Positions 11,770-29,672 of a DNA stretch of 64,000 bases are shown one piece after another (position 1 is the stretch's first letter; every line of letters begins with the position of its first letter). Source of the stretch: Eledone cirrhosa (lineage: Eukaryota); contig OZ024765.1 in assembly GCA_964016885.1 (NCBI GenBank), forward strand, positions 19,034,001-19,098,000, read 5' to 3'. The notes under the pieces are model-generated. The model was not told the DNA's origin. It did not search any database and saw only the letters and a program-made list of their open reading frames with translations. A program made the translations under genes and the position numbers.

Positions 11770-12011
11770 CATATATATATATACATATACATATATATAT
11801 AAATATATATATATATACATATATATGTATATATATATATATATATACATATATATGTATATATTTATATACATATATATATAAATATATATATATATAC
11901 ATATATATATATACATATATATATAAATATATATATATATACATATATATGTATATATATATATATATATATACATATATATGTATATATATATATACAT
12001 ACATATATATG

Positions 12012-12055
<44 letters not shown>

Positions 12056-12106
12056 TATATATGTATATATATATATATACATATATATGTATATATATAT
12101 ATATAT

Positions 12107-12290
12107 ATTAAGAGAGTAAAACAAAGAAGCCTTCAATACATCAAAAGTCTTTATTAGCCGACAATGTTTCGTCCTATTAAGGACTCATCAGTTGTTTTAA
12201 TTGCCCTGATGAGTCCTTAATAGGACGAAACATTGTCGGCTAATAAAGACTTTTGATGTATTGAAGGCTTCTTTGCTTTACTCTCTTAAT
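12107..12290. mobile_element. Inverted repeat (85-bp arms, 14-nt spacer) of a PLE-type hammerhead end
   Basis: 12107-12191 is the reverse complement of 12206-12290. The same family occurs at 31607-31760 and 47930-48088. Confidence 0.8.
12199..12245 (+). ncRNA. Minimal type I hammerhead ribozyme
   Basis: GCC CTGATGA GTCC ttaata GGAC GAAA CATT GTC GGC: canonical core, GUC triplet, then AATAAA. Confidence 0.85.
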
Positions 12291-12759
12291 TTTTCGGCTC
12301 TGTTTAACTACATTGAGCTATACCTTTTACTGTCATTTCTATAATACGAAGAGGGTGTTTAACTCCAACACGCTCCAGTATTTTAACCCTTATATATATA
12401 TATATAAATAAATTTATTTCTGAAGACGGCATATATATGTGTTGGTATGTATATTTAATTTTGATAGTTTGTATAATTTTGTATAATTTTGTACATAGAT
12501 CTGTTGAATATGCATGCCAATTCTAACACATATATATCCTAGAAACGATCGTTAAATAATGAACTTTTTTTGTTTAATATAAGGAACTGTTTCATTGTTT
12601 TATTCATTATTTTTTTAATATTTTATCTTGACTCTGTATTCCGTTTATCTTTCACCGAAAGTGATATTTCATTGCATCTCTTCTTTCCATGATATCCGGA
12701 TTACATTGAGTTCTTCATACGGATTGGACACTACCGTAAACTCTTGGTAGATTTATCTA

Positions 12760-13563
<804 letters not shown>

Positions 13564-13660
13564 TATTGAAATTTCCGTTGGAAACAGAAAAGGTCATAGA
13601 AATGAAGAGTGCTCTATATAAGTATCAGAACAAAATTTATACAGATATATATATATATAT

Positions 13661-17921
<4,261 letters not shown>

Positions 17922-18087
17922 ACTTATTGACACTTATACGTACGACATACACACACACGCATACATATGCGTGCACACAGCAACACTCACACACACAACA
18001 AACACACACACACGCTACTCTACTCACTTACACGCACACACACACATATATATATATATATTACCGTCATTACTGATACAAGATTAC

Positions 18088-18214
18088 CAGATATATATAT
18101 ATACAGATATATATATATACAGATATATATATATATATATACAGATATATATATATACAGATATATATATATATATATATACAGATATATATATATACAG
18201 ATATATATATATAC

Positions 18215-18311
<97 letters not shown>

Positions 18312-18450
18312 TATATATATATACAGATATATATATATACAGATATATATATATACAGATATATATATATACAGATATATATATATACAGATATATATAT
18401 ATACAGATATATATATATATATACAGATATATATATATATATATATACAG

Positions 18451-18481
<31 letters not shown>

Positions 18482-18535
18482 TATATATATATATATATAC
18501 ACAGATGTATATATATATATATATATACACAGATG

Positions 18536-18569
<34 letters not shown>

Positions 18570-18578
18570 TATATATAT

Positions 18579-18627
<49 letters not shown>

Positions 18628-18629
18628 TG

Positions 18630-18671
<42 letters not shown>

Positions 18672-18701
18672 TGTATATATATATATATATATATACACAG
18701 A

Positions 18702-18759
<58 letters not shown>

Positions 18760-18775
18760 CATATATACACAGACA
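18088..18775. repeat. (TA)n array with CAGA interruptions
   Basis: Direct reading. Confidence 0.95.
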
Positions 18776-18862
18776 TATTAATGTCCAGTGTTAATCTTTA
18801 TGTATTATTAGATATAAAAGTTTAGGAGATCACTTTTTGGATACACACCTGCTAATAATTCT

Positions 18863-18986
18863 TCACACACATACATATATATATATATATATACATACGT
18901 ACATATACCCATACATACATACATATACATATATACACATATGTACATATATATATACATATATACACTTCCATACACACATTTAT

Positions 18987-19023
<37 letters not shown>

Positions 19024-19048
19024 CACACACACACATATATATATACAC

Positions 19049-19080
<32 letters not shown>

Positions 19081-20658
19081 GTATATACATATACACACAT
19101 ATATACACACACATACATATATATATATATACACACACACATATATATATACACACACATATATACATACACACACATATATACACACACACGCACATAT
19201 ATATACACACACATATATATATATATACACACACATATACACACACACGCACATATATATACACACACACACACATATATATATATACACACACACACAC
19301 ATATATATATAGACACACACACACATATATATACACACACACACACATATATATAGACACACACACGCACACATATATAGACACACACACACACATATAT
19401 ATATATATATGATGATATATACACAAATACGTGCATTTATACATAAATACTTAATATAAATACATATATTTACACAGATAAATACACACACACTTAGGAA
19501 TACATACATACATCTTATATATACACACACACATAAATATACCCCCTATAATGGAAATGTCCCTGTCCCAATGGTTCCCTGATGGCCGCCATGTCGCTTA
19601 ATATCTTATAAAGATTACCGTTTGGGATGAGAGTATAATGCTAGGGGCGAAGTAACCTTTTAATGACTGTGTAGATTTGCAGCTTACACAGGAGACATGC
19701 TGTTACTTGGCAAATGGGATTATAAAGAGAGAGACTCTTTCTTGTAAACCTTGGACTTAGGACTTTAACACTGCAGGCTTTGTATTACTGAGAAATACAC
19801 ATACACACATATACAGACATACATACACACAGATACATAGACAGAGATATAGACACATACACAGATATACATACACAGATACACATACACATACAGACAC
19901 ACAGATATACACACACATACGCATACACATACACAGACATACACATACATATGCATACAGACAGACACACACACAGACACATTCGTACATACATACACAC
20001 ATACACAGACATACATATACACAGACAGACACACAGACACAGATACACACACTCAGACACACACACCCACACACTCAGACACACGCACCCACACACACAG
20101 AGACACTCAGACACACACACTCAGACACCACACACACCCACACAGAGACACTCAGACACAGACACTCAGACACACCGACAGACACACACACTCAGACACA
20201 CACACAGACACACCCACACAGACACACACACTCAGACACACACACATAGACATTCAGACACTTTCATTCTCTCTTATTAAGTCCACAGTACTTTCAGTAA
20301 ATGCGTGTGTGTCTTTGCTAGTGAGTGTGTGTGTGTATGTGTGTGTGTGTGAGAGAGTCTTTGCTAGTGAGTGTGTGTATGTGTATGTGGGTGTATTTTT
20401 TTGCTAGTGAGTGTGTGTGTATGTGTGTGTGTGTATGTCTTTGCTAGTGAGTGTGTGTATGTGTATGTATGTGTGTGTGTTTGTGCGTGTGTCTTTGCTA
20501 GTGAGTGTGTGAGAGTTTTTGTTAGTGTGTGTGTGTTTGTGCGTATGTCTTTGGTAGTGTGTGTGTGTGTGTCTTTGCTAGTGTGTGTGAGAGAGTCTTT
20601 GTTAGTGTGTGTGTGTGAGCGTCTTTGCCAGTGTGCGTGTGAGCGTCTTTGCCAGTGT

Positions 20659-20707
<49 letters not shown>

Positions 20708-21120
20708 TCTTTACCAGTGTGCGTGTGTGTGTGTGTGAGAGAGAGTCTTTGCCAGTGTGTGTGTGTGTGAGAATCTTTGCCAGTGTGTGTATGTGTGTGT
20801 GTGTGTGCATGAGAGTCTTTACCAGTGTACCAGTGTGTGTGTATGTATGTGTGTGTGTGTGTGTGTGCATGAGAGAGTCTTTACCAGTGTACCAGTGTGT
20901 GTGTATGTATGTGTGTGAGAGAGTCTTTGCCAGTGTGTGTGTGTGTGAGAATCTTTGCCAGTGTGTGTATGTGTGTGTGTGTGTGTGAGTCTTTGCCAGT
21001 GTGTGTGTGTGAGTCTTTGCCAGTGTGTGAATGTGTGTGAGTCTTTGCCAGTGTGTATGTATATGTAGGTGTCTTTACTCATGAGTATGTGTATATGTGT
21101 GTGTAAGTTTTTGCTAGTAA
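18863..21120. repeat. Compound (CA)n/(TA)n/(TG)n repeats, including a GAGAGTCTTTGCCAGT(GT)n minisatellite at 20300-21120
   Basis: Direct reading. A short unique island lies at 19540-19795. Confidence 0.9.
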
Positions 21121-21184
21121 GTGTGGGTTAGATGTGTGTGTAGTTTGGCATTAGTGTGTATATGCATGTGTTAGCAGATATATG

Positions 21185-21360
21185 TTTTTTTCCAATTCCA
21201 TCCCGCCCGTCCCCTCAATCTATCTTATTACTCATTCTTTCTTCTGATGAAGGACTAGCGTCCGAAACGTTAAGACCCTCTTCCTGCAATTTCAAGTGTT
21301 AACCTAATATATTCCTTCCATATACTGTACTGATTGTGTTGTTATTTCTGTTTACCTTTT

Positions 21361-21375
<15 letters not shown>
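21185..21375 (+). mobile_element. PLE-type pLTR fragment with hammerhead motif (21238-21275)
   Basis: TCTT CTGATGA A GGAC tagc GTCC GAAA CG TT AAGA. Near-identical copy at 31283-31472. Confidence 0.75.
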
Positions 21376-21396
<21 letters not shown>

Positions 21397-21450
21397 GTGC
21401 CCCAGCATGGCCTCAGCCGGATGGCTGGAGCAGGTAAAAGGGTAAAAGAG
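21397..21450 (+). mobile_element. Extreme 3' end of the CR1-type LINE
   Basis: GTGCCCCAGCATGGCCTCAGCCGGATGGCTG matches the reverse complement of 43864-43894. Confidence 0.75.
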
Positions 21451-21463
21451 TATATGTATATAT

Positions 21464-21707
21464 GGAGGCACATGGCTTAGTGGTTAGAGCATTGGGCTTG
21501 CAATCGAAAGGTTGTGAGTTCAATTCTCAGACAGGGTGTTGTGTTGTTTCCTTGAGCAAGACACTTTATTTTACATTGCTCCAGTTTACTCAGCTGTAGA
21601 AATGAGATGATAGGGACTGGGGTAAAAAAGCACCCAGCACTCACTGTAAATGAGGTTGGTGTTAGGAAGGGCATCCAGCTGTAGAAATCAAGCCAGAATC
21701 AGTTCCC
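21464..21707 (+). mobile_element. CORE-type SINE, internally deleted and lacking its tail
   Basis: Same head and body as 7589. Confidence 0.85.
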
Positions 21708-21785
21708 ATGGGGTATAAATACACTCATGCATGCATAAACACACACAAACATACATATAAATATATGTATGTATCTATGCATATA

Positions 21786-21818
<33 letters not shown>

Positions 21819-21864
21819 ATGTTTGTATGTTTGTATGTTTGTATATGTATGTATGTATGTGTGT

Positions 21865-22230
21865 ATGGTGGATGGGTGCTACACGAGAATGCTGAGGATG
21901 GCTCTGAACATTAATCAGTGTACACTGAGGATGAAAAACTCAGAGCTGTACGGGAGCCTCCCAAAAGTCAGCTCAAAAGTCACACAGAGGAGACTGAGGT
22001 TAGCTGGACATGCTCACTGCCATCCAGAGTTGACATTGCACTCAGTGCTCCTGTGGGAGCCCCTACATGGACACACTGGAAGAGGAAGACCAAGGTTAAT
22101 GTATGTTGATGCCCTAAGGACAGACACTGGTCTGTTGGAGACGCAAGACCTGGCAGCGATAATGAGGGACAGAGACCGCTGGAGAGAACTCGTCCATGGA
22201 TCTCGGGGAATTTTACCCGCCCTAGATAGA
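21865..22230 (+). mobile_element. RTE-type LINE 3' fragment (same family as 1441-1900)
   Basis: MVDGCYTRMLRMALNI...RGRPRLMYVD. Confidence 0.85.
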
Positions 22231-22464
22231 TATGTATGTATGTATTTATGTATGTATATACTAGGGACAACTAAAAAGTTCATAGGCTGATTATTAAGGA
22301 GAGATAGAGCTGTGAAATCTTGCATGCTTTAATTTCAATTCTTCTTAATAACTGCATTGTTTCTTTCAATGGACTATGTTAAAAAATTAATCTCATTTGG
22401 TCATTCTATGAGAGTATCTTGGACAGCCTAAAAACTATTCAGACTGACCCTCGTATCATCAATA

Positions 22465-22796
22465 TCATCATCATTTTACGTCCGCTTTTCCCTGCTTGTA
22501 AGGGTGGGACGGGAACTGATTCTGGCTTGATTTCTACAGCTGGATGCCCTTCCTAACACCAACCTCATTTACAGTGAGTGCTAATTTCTTTTTTTCCGTG
22601 GCGCCTACACGTCCACTTTACAGTGGAATGATAGGGACCCCAGTCCCTATCATCTCATTTCTACAGCTGAGTAAACTGGAGCAATGTGAAATAAAGTGTC
22701 TTGCTCAAGGAAACAACACATCACCTGGTCTGAGAATTGAACTCACAATCTTTCGATTGCAAGGCCAATGCTCTAACCACTAAGCCATGTGCCTCC
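22465..22796 (-). mobile_element. CORE-type SINE
   Basis: Full head-to-tail match to 7589. Confidence 0.88.
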
Positions 22797-22864
22797 ATAT
22801 ATTCAATTATATAAATATATAAAAATAGACACAGACCTGATGTGTAATCTTGATGTGTATGTAT

Positions 22865-23395
22865 GTCTCTTTCTCTTAATTTCGAGTATATTTTTTTTGA
22901 CCGGCCACCTTCCTGGTGACAAGGTTGTAAAAGAAAAGAAATTGTCATACCTTGAATCGCAAGAATGTTTTGCAAATTTTGAAGGTGCCAGCTATCGCAG
23001 CCATTTGTAGACTATGAATTAGGGAGCTGCGCTTTTTGTCCGCAAATCCAAGTTCAGTCATACTTTGGTCCAAGCGGGTTGGTATATAACCCGTAGCTCC
23101 AATAATGATGGGTATGAAGCTACAGGTGTATCTTGGATACTGGATTTGTAAACTCCTCATCATGTATGTATGTATGTATGTATGTATGTATGTTTGTATG
23201 TATGTTTGTATGTTTCTCTTTCTCTTAATTTCCAGTACATTTTTGACCGGCCACCTAGATGGTGGCAAGGATGTAAAAGAAAAAAATTGTCGTCCCTTGA
23301 ATCGCAAGGTTTCGCAAATTTTGAAGGTGCCAGCTATCGCAGCCATTTGTAGTCTATGAATTAGGGAGCTGCGTTCTTTGTCCACAAATCCAAGT
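22865..23395 (-). mobile_element. Two tandem 3' ends of an RLE-type (R4/Dong-like) non-LTR element in (TACA)n
   Basis: FIPIIIGATGYIP...LG....LI..LQMAAIAGTFKICKTFL is a restriction-like endonuclease C-terminus. Copies at 22865-23161 and 23213-23395. Confidence 0.7.
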
Positions 23396-23404
23396 ATGTG
23401 TGTA

Positions 23405-24233
23405 TGTGCTTAAGCAAAGACTCTGCTGGAGTGGTCACTTTGCCAGGATGAAGGATTCTAGAATACCAAACCAACTCTTTTATGGAGAGTTAGTTAAAGG
23501 AAAACGACCTCCACATAAACCAAAAAAGAGGTATAAGGATTCCTTGAAAGCCTCTTTGAAAGACGCTAACATCTCTGCTGATACATGGGAGAATGTTGCT
23601 GCTGATCGTAATAAATGGAGAAAGACTGTATATGAGGGGAAAGTTGCCTTTGAGGCATCTCGAATCGCATACGAGAAAGTAAAGCGGGATGTGAGGAAGG
23701 GCATTGCTGTTGCATTTCCAGACGGCGAGGGTCCTCCTATGGTGCTGACATGCAGCGTCTGTGCGAGACTCTGCCTAAGCAAAGCTGGACTCGAAAGCCA
23801 TCTTCGCAGGCATAAAGTGAGACCAGTGGTTGACTACGAGGCTGCTGTTGGAGATGCTACTCATCATGCCTGCCAAGCATGTGGAAAAGAGTGCAGATCA
23901 GCAGGAGGGCTCAAACAACATCCAAAAGTACATGAACTCCAACCACAGAAGGCTTCTTCTAGTGAATGTTTTGGGTGCCAACTCTGTGCAAGACATTTTA
24001 GATCATTGGCTGGGCCATGGGCTGGCACCATTAATTGCTAATATATATGTGTGTATATGTATGCATGTGTGTATATGTATGCGTGTGTGTATATGTATGC
24101 GTGTGTGTATGGGTATGTATGTGTGTATGTATATGTATGTAACCATATGTGTGTGTATATATATATATATGTATACATGTATGTGTGTGTGCGTATATAT
24201 ATATGTATATATGTATATATGCATGTATATATA

Positions 24234-24270
<37 letters not shown>

Positions 24271-24337
24271 TTTTTATTATTATTATTTTCTTTTTTCGTG
24301 CAATGACCATACTCGATAACGAGGGTGCAGCCATCAT
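23405..24337 (+). mobile_element. 5'-truncated copy of the zinc-finger RTE
   Basis: ORF 23400-24041 closely matches the C-terminus of the 1181-aa ORF. Same (TG)n-(TAT)n-polyT 3' UTR and terminal hairpin. Confidence 0.92.
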
Positions 24338-24366
24338 GTATGTATATATGTATATATATATACATA

Positions 24367-25272
24367 TGTCTCATGGTCGGGTCGTTGGCGACTAAACTGG
24401 CAACCCCACCAACGTTTCTTGGTGAGGAGGGTGACTTTGGACATCCTGCAGGACTAAAAACAAAACCTGTCAAAGGGCAAAGGAGCTCTTAAGCGTCAAT
24501 GGCCATCCAAAATCACAGGGAGAGATAACCCCTTAGCCTTTGTCAAGACAGAATTCTAGGAGAAGGAAAACTATGATATCATCATCATCATCATCATTTT
24601 ATGTCCGCTTCTCCCTGCTTGCAAGGGTGGGACGGGAACTGATTCTGGCTTGATTTCTACAGCTGGATGCCCTTCCTAACACCAACCTCATTTACAGTGA
24701 GTGCTGGGTGCTTTTTTGCCGTGGCACCTCCACGACCACTTTATAGTGGAATGATAGGGACCTCAGTTCCTATCATTTCATTTCTACAGCTGAGTAAACT
24801 GGAGCAATGTGAAATAAAGTGTCTTGCTCAAGGAAACAACACATCACCCGGTCTGAGAATTGAACTCACAACCTTTCGATTGCAAGGCCAATGCTCTAAC
24901 CACTAAGCCATGTGCCTCCATATAACACCTGCAACTCTGATGGTATCCAATGATGTTGACTTGTTCTTTTTGGTAAATATCATCTTGGTTAAGAGAGTGG
25001 GACTGGCTTTGTGCAGTGCCTTTGCTCACTATAAAAGCTTCACAGCACAGGCATTTCTTTATATCTGGAGATCTCTCTGCACTTGTCGTCACATGATACC
25101 ATGGGCCCAGCACTATGTGTCAATAATTGTCACAAGTGTAGTGTTTGTACCAGAGTTTTCAAGTCGCTGGCTGGACTAAAAAGTCACACTCGTTCAGCGC
25201 ATTGCTAGGGGTTCTCCTACATGGATATAAAGTAGTTGCCGTACTCGAAAACGAGTTGGCAGCCACCACCAT
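24367..25272 (+). mobile_element. Diverged non-autonomous derivative of the zinc-finger RTE (5' UTR, last zinc finger, 3' end), interrupted by a SINE
   Basis: 5' UTR blocks match 2245-2281 and 17620-17840 (reverse complement). 25131-25208 encodes HKCSVCTRVFKSLAGLKSHTRSAHC*. Terminal CTCG-AAAA-CGAG..GGCAGCCACC. Confidence 0.75.
24580..24919 (-). mobile_element. CORE-type SINE nested in the RTE derivative
   Basis: Flanked by ATAT (24576-24579 and 24920-24923). The host sequence rejoins across it. Confidence 0.88.
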
Positions 25273-25599
25273 GTATGTATGTATGTATGAATCAATAATT
25301 AAAGTGGTACCTGGATGCCAAATATATATAAAATATTTTGATTTGATTTTTTTTTGTTTTTATTAATCCAATCTGATTCCCTCATTTCATTAACAAACTG
25401 CATATGGAGCTCTGGACATATTTCCCACTAACGAAGTTGCATGTGCATCCGGCTCTTAAAGTGCATGTAAAAGCAACCTAATAGACAGATCATCCAATAG
25501 AAACCATGTTTGTATATGTATATGTTACTGTGTATATGTACGTGTTAGTTTGTGTGTATGTATGTGGAGCGAGAGATTCCTAGTCTTCATTAAGACATC

Positions 25600-25762
25600 T
25601 CTCTAGGAGGTCACTCTTATATAAAACCTGCAACTTCATTTGCATCCAATGATGTAGACCAGTTCTTCTTTTTGGGTAAATGCACTTGATGTTCAGCGAG
25701 TGGGATTGGCCCCGTTCAAAGCCTTTCATCACTTACAAAAAGCTTCAAGCACAGGCAGGTTT
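25600..25762 (+). mobile_element. Old fragment of the zinc-finger RTE 5' UTR
   Basis: CTAGGAG..ATATAAAACCTGC..GAGTGGGATTGG..GCACAGGCA is collinear with 24925-25052. Confidence 0.6.
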
Positions 25763-25928
25763 TTATCCCACTTACATAGTCATTATCAAGTGCAGAAGTG
25801 AAGTGTCTTTTGACTCAAACTGAAAGAACCTCTTAACCCATCGTCTAGCAAGCTTTCTACAGCTGGATACACTTCCTAACACAACCACTTGTGTACTCGA
25901 TGCTTTTCTTGTATATATATATATATAT

Positions 25929-26269
25929 CATCATCCTCATCATCATCATTTTACGTCCACTTTTCCCTGCTTGCAAGGGTGGGACGGGAAATGATTCTGG
26001 CTCGATTTCTACAGCTGGATGCCCTTCCTAACACCAACCTCATTTACAGTGAGTGCTGGGTGCTTTTTTCCGTGGCACCTCCACGACCACTTTGCAGTGG
26101 AATGATAGGGACCCCAGTCCTATCATCTCATTTCTACAGCTGAGTAAACTGGAGCAATGTGAAATAAAGTGTCTTGCTCAAGGAAACAACACATCACCCG
26201 GTCTGAGAATTGAACTCACAACCTTTCAATTGCAAGCCAAATGCTCTAACCACTAAGCCATGTGCCTTC
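25929..26269 (-). mobile_element. CORE-type SINE
   Basis: Full match to the family. Confidence 0.88.
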
Positions 26270-26271
26270 AT

Positions 26272-26532
26272 TGTATGACGTCACTTTCAGCTTATATCTG
26301 GAGTCTAAAAGACAACCACACCCAATTTAGGTTACACTGGGAGATCCTAGCTAAGGCTAGATCGTATAATGGAAATAAAAGATCATGTGACCTCTGCGCC
26401 GCTGAAGCCCTCAAAATACTCTACACCAATGACTACATCTTAAACAAAAAATCTGAGGCAATTTCAGTTTGTAAACATAACTTGCACAAAACTTTCCTGT
26501 ATTACAGCCCTACTTTATACCCTAACGGATAG
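26272..26532 (+). pseudogene. Penelope-like element GIY-YIG endonuclease C-terminal remnant
   Basis: TSLSAYIWSLKD..F..HWEILAKARSY..KRSCDLCAAE..ILNKKSEAISVCKH fits the PLE LS.YIW.LK / C.LC..E / LN..SE...C.H pattern. Confidence 0.75.
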
Positions 26533-26887
26533 TACGAACGGATGATTTACGTCTTGATGTGGTAGCTAAGTATATGTTATGTTTATACCATTACTTATTT
26601 GTATAGGTAAGTATATATTAGCTGTATGTTTTGTGAAGGTACGTATACTTTCTCGTACGTATATTTGCTTGTATTTGTTGTAGGCATATATATTATATTA
26701 TATTTACTGGTACATGTGTATATGGTTATCTGTATACGGGAGTTTTGCGTTTGTGTGTGTATGCGGGTTTGCACGTATATAGGGTGTGTGTATATGTGTA
26801 CTTTGTGTTTTGGTTGACGTATGTTTAGCGAACGTATGTGTATTTACATGTGTGTGTGTGCGCGTTATATACGTATTTATGTGTGTA

Positions 26888-28800
26888 TAGATAGATAGAT
26901 AGATATGTTTCTTTATTAGCCACAGGGGCACAAAAGAAGGGAACAAATACAAAGGGAGAAGTTTACATACAATAAAAATGTGTAAAATCTATCACAGATG
27001 TAATTTAAAAATTAATCGATTTTCCCCAATAGGGGGAGACGCTTCATATGGGTAACACATACCCCCGAAAAAATGTGCAACCCTCATCTCCAGGAGTACG
27101 AAGAGTTTGTACCCCCTTCCTCTCTTCCTCTTTTTCCTCAACCTACAGGCTGATATAGAGAGAAGGCCCATTCACTCGAGCCATTCTCGCCACTTTCACC
27201 CACCTTTCATAAAACTTGCTGGGGTACAGCACCTCACTCTCCATCCTGATTCTTCTTCCAAAGTAATATTTGAAAAAAATAATCAGTTGTTGGTCGGAGA
27301 GAAAGGTGTCTGACCTCAGCCCTTTCAACCTCGTCCACCATACAACCTCTTTCGCCATAGCTATCACACAAAGCAAGACCGCCTCTCTGTTTTTGATCAT
27401 GACAATGGACTCGGTGATAGATATATTTCTTTATTTTTAGATAGATATATTTCTTTATTTTTAGATAGATATATTTCTTTATTTTTAGATAGATTTATTT
27501 CTTTATTAGCCACAAGGGCGCACAAGAAAAGGGGACAAAACAAAGACACATGCCGAGGATTTTACATACAGTCGTGTAAAAATATGAAAAACAATTATAA
27601 CAATCGAAATCCCCAATAGCAGGGAGGCGCAACAAATGGGTTGTTTAATACCCCATAGATAGAACAACCTTCAACTTCAGGAGCGTGTTGTGCAAGTGCT
27701 CCCTTCTTCCTTTTGCTCTCTTCTTTAACCTACAGAGAAGGCCCAATTACTCTGGCCATTTTTGCTACATTCCCCCACCTTTCAGTAAATTTACTGGGGT
27801 GCATTGCCTCTCTCTCCACTCTGATTCTCCTTCTAAAGTGGTACCTAAAGAAGGGAATGAGTTGTTGTCTGGAGAGAAAGGCATCTGTCCTCAGTCCTCT
27901 CAATCTCGTCCACCATATAACCTCTTTCACCATAGCCACCGTACAGAGGAAAACCGCCTCTCTTTCGTTTTTGAAAGAGGCTGGCGGTTTGATCCTTACT
28001 ATGGGCTTGGAAGTCAACTGGATTGATAGATAGATAGATATATTTCTTTATTAGCCACAGGGGCACAAAAGAAGGGGACAAATACAAAGGGGGAAGTTTA
28101 CATACAATAAAAACGTGTAAAATGTTATCACAGATGGAATTTAAAAGTTAGTCGATTTTCCCCAATAGAGGGAGACAGTTTATATGGGTAACACATACCC
28201 CCGAAAAAAATGTGCAACCCTCATCTCCAGGAGTACGAAGAGCTTGTACTCCTTTCCTCTCCTCCTCCTTTTCCTCAACCTACAGGCTGATATAGAGAGA
28301 AGGCCCATTCACTCGGGCCATTCTCGCCACTTTCACCCACCTTTCATAAAACTTGCTGGGGTACAGCACCTCTCTCTCCATCCTGATTCTTCTTCCAAAG
28401 TGGTATTTGAAAAAAAGAATCAGTTGTTGGCCGGAGAGAAAGGTGTCTGACCTCAGCCCTTTCAACCTTGTCCACCATACAACCTCTTTCGCCATAGCTA
28501 TCACACAAAGGAAAACCGCCTCCTTCTTGATAGATAGATAGATTTCTTTATTAGCCACAAGGGCGCAACAAGAAAGGGGACAATACAAAGACATGCCGGG
28601 GATTTTACATACAGTCGTGTAAAAAATATAAAAACAAACAATTTCTCTTGATAGATAGATAGATAGATAGATAGATTTTTTTATTTGCCACAAGGGTGCA
28701 CAAGAAAAAGGGACAAAACAAAGACACATGCTGGGGATTTTACATACAGTCGTGTAAAAATATTGAAACAAACAATTATAACAATCGAAATCCCCAATAG
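26888..28800 (-). mobile_element. Cluster of five 5'-truncated Tx1/L1-like 3' ends separated by (GATA)n
   Basis: Repeated K(E)V(I/V)WW.R..G...FF.YHF.RRIR.ERE....KF.ERW C-terminus. Each copy ends CTTGTGGCTAATAAAGAAA then (TCTA)n. Units start at ~26908, 27498, 28043, 28543 and 28677. Confidence 0.7.
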
Positions 28801-29250
28801 ATAGATAAATAGATAGATTGAGAGGCAGGCAGACAGACAGACAGGCATAGATTGAGAGGCAGGCAGACAGACAGACAGGCATAGATTGAGAGGCAGGCAG
28901 ACAGACAGACAGACAGACAGACAGGCATAGATTGGGAGGAAGCCCTTTGTATCTGGCATGAAATAAAAGGGGTAGGAGGTAAGAAAATCTAAGAGAACAT
29001 TAGAAGGGGAGTGGTGTAGTGTGTTAGAGAGAGAAGCAGTGAGAGGTAGTGAGACTGTTAGAGAGGGGTAGTGAGAGGTAGTGAGACTGATAGAGAGGGG
29101 GGGGGGAGTGAGTGAAAGATAAGACTGTGATAGAGAGGGGGAATGAGAGGTAGTGAGACTGATAGAGAGGAGTGAGAGAGAGGAAGAGAATGAGAGAGAG
29201 AGTGAGAGAGACTGAGAGAGAGAGAGAATAGAGTGAGAGAGAGAGAGAAT

Positions 29251-29281
<31 letters not shown>

Positions 29282-29550
29282 AGATGGAGAATGATAGACT
29301 GGAAGCTGCAATACAGAGCACCATGGCGACTGGTCTGAACGTCATTATATTGCCATGACAACATATCGCCATGTTCCAATGGCTGGAGTACATACACACA
29401 CACACATATATATATATATATACACACACACATACATACATATGTATACACACACACATATATACATGCATACATATGTATACACACATATACATACATA
29501 TGTATACATACACACTACATATACATACATACGTACATACATACATACAA
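28800..29550. repeat. Compound GACA/GGCA, (GA)n and (CA/TA)n repeats
   Basis: Direct reading. Confidence 0.85.
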
Positions 29551-29613
29551 AGAGTGGATTATATATGTGAAGAAAACAAACACCAAGTCATACTCGATTG
29601 TAAGTGTCTGCCA

Positions 29614-29658
<45 letters not shown>

Positions 29659-29672
29659 GTATATATATACAC

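Noticed and set aside
22544-22783. Recurrent ~79-aa [17 protein letters not shown]...QCSNH
   Set aside because: It is the antisense translation of the multi-copy SINE, and indels between copies do not preserve frame.
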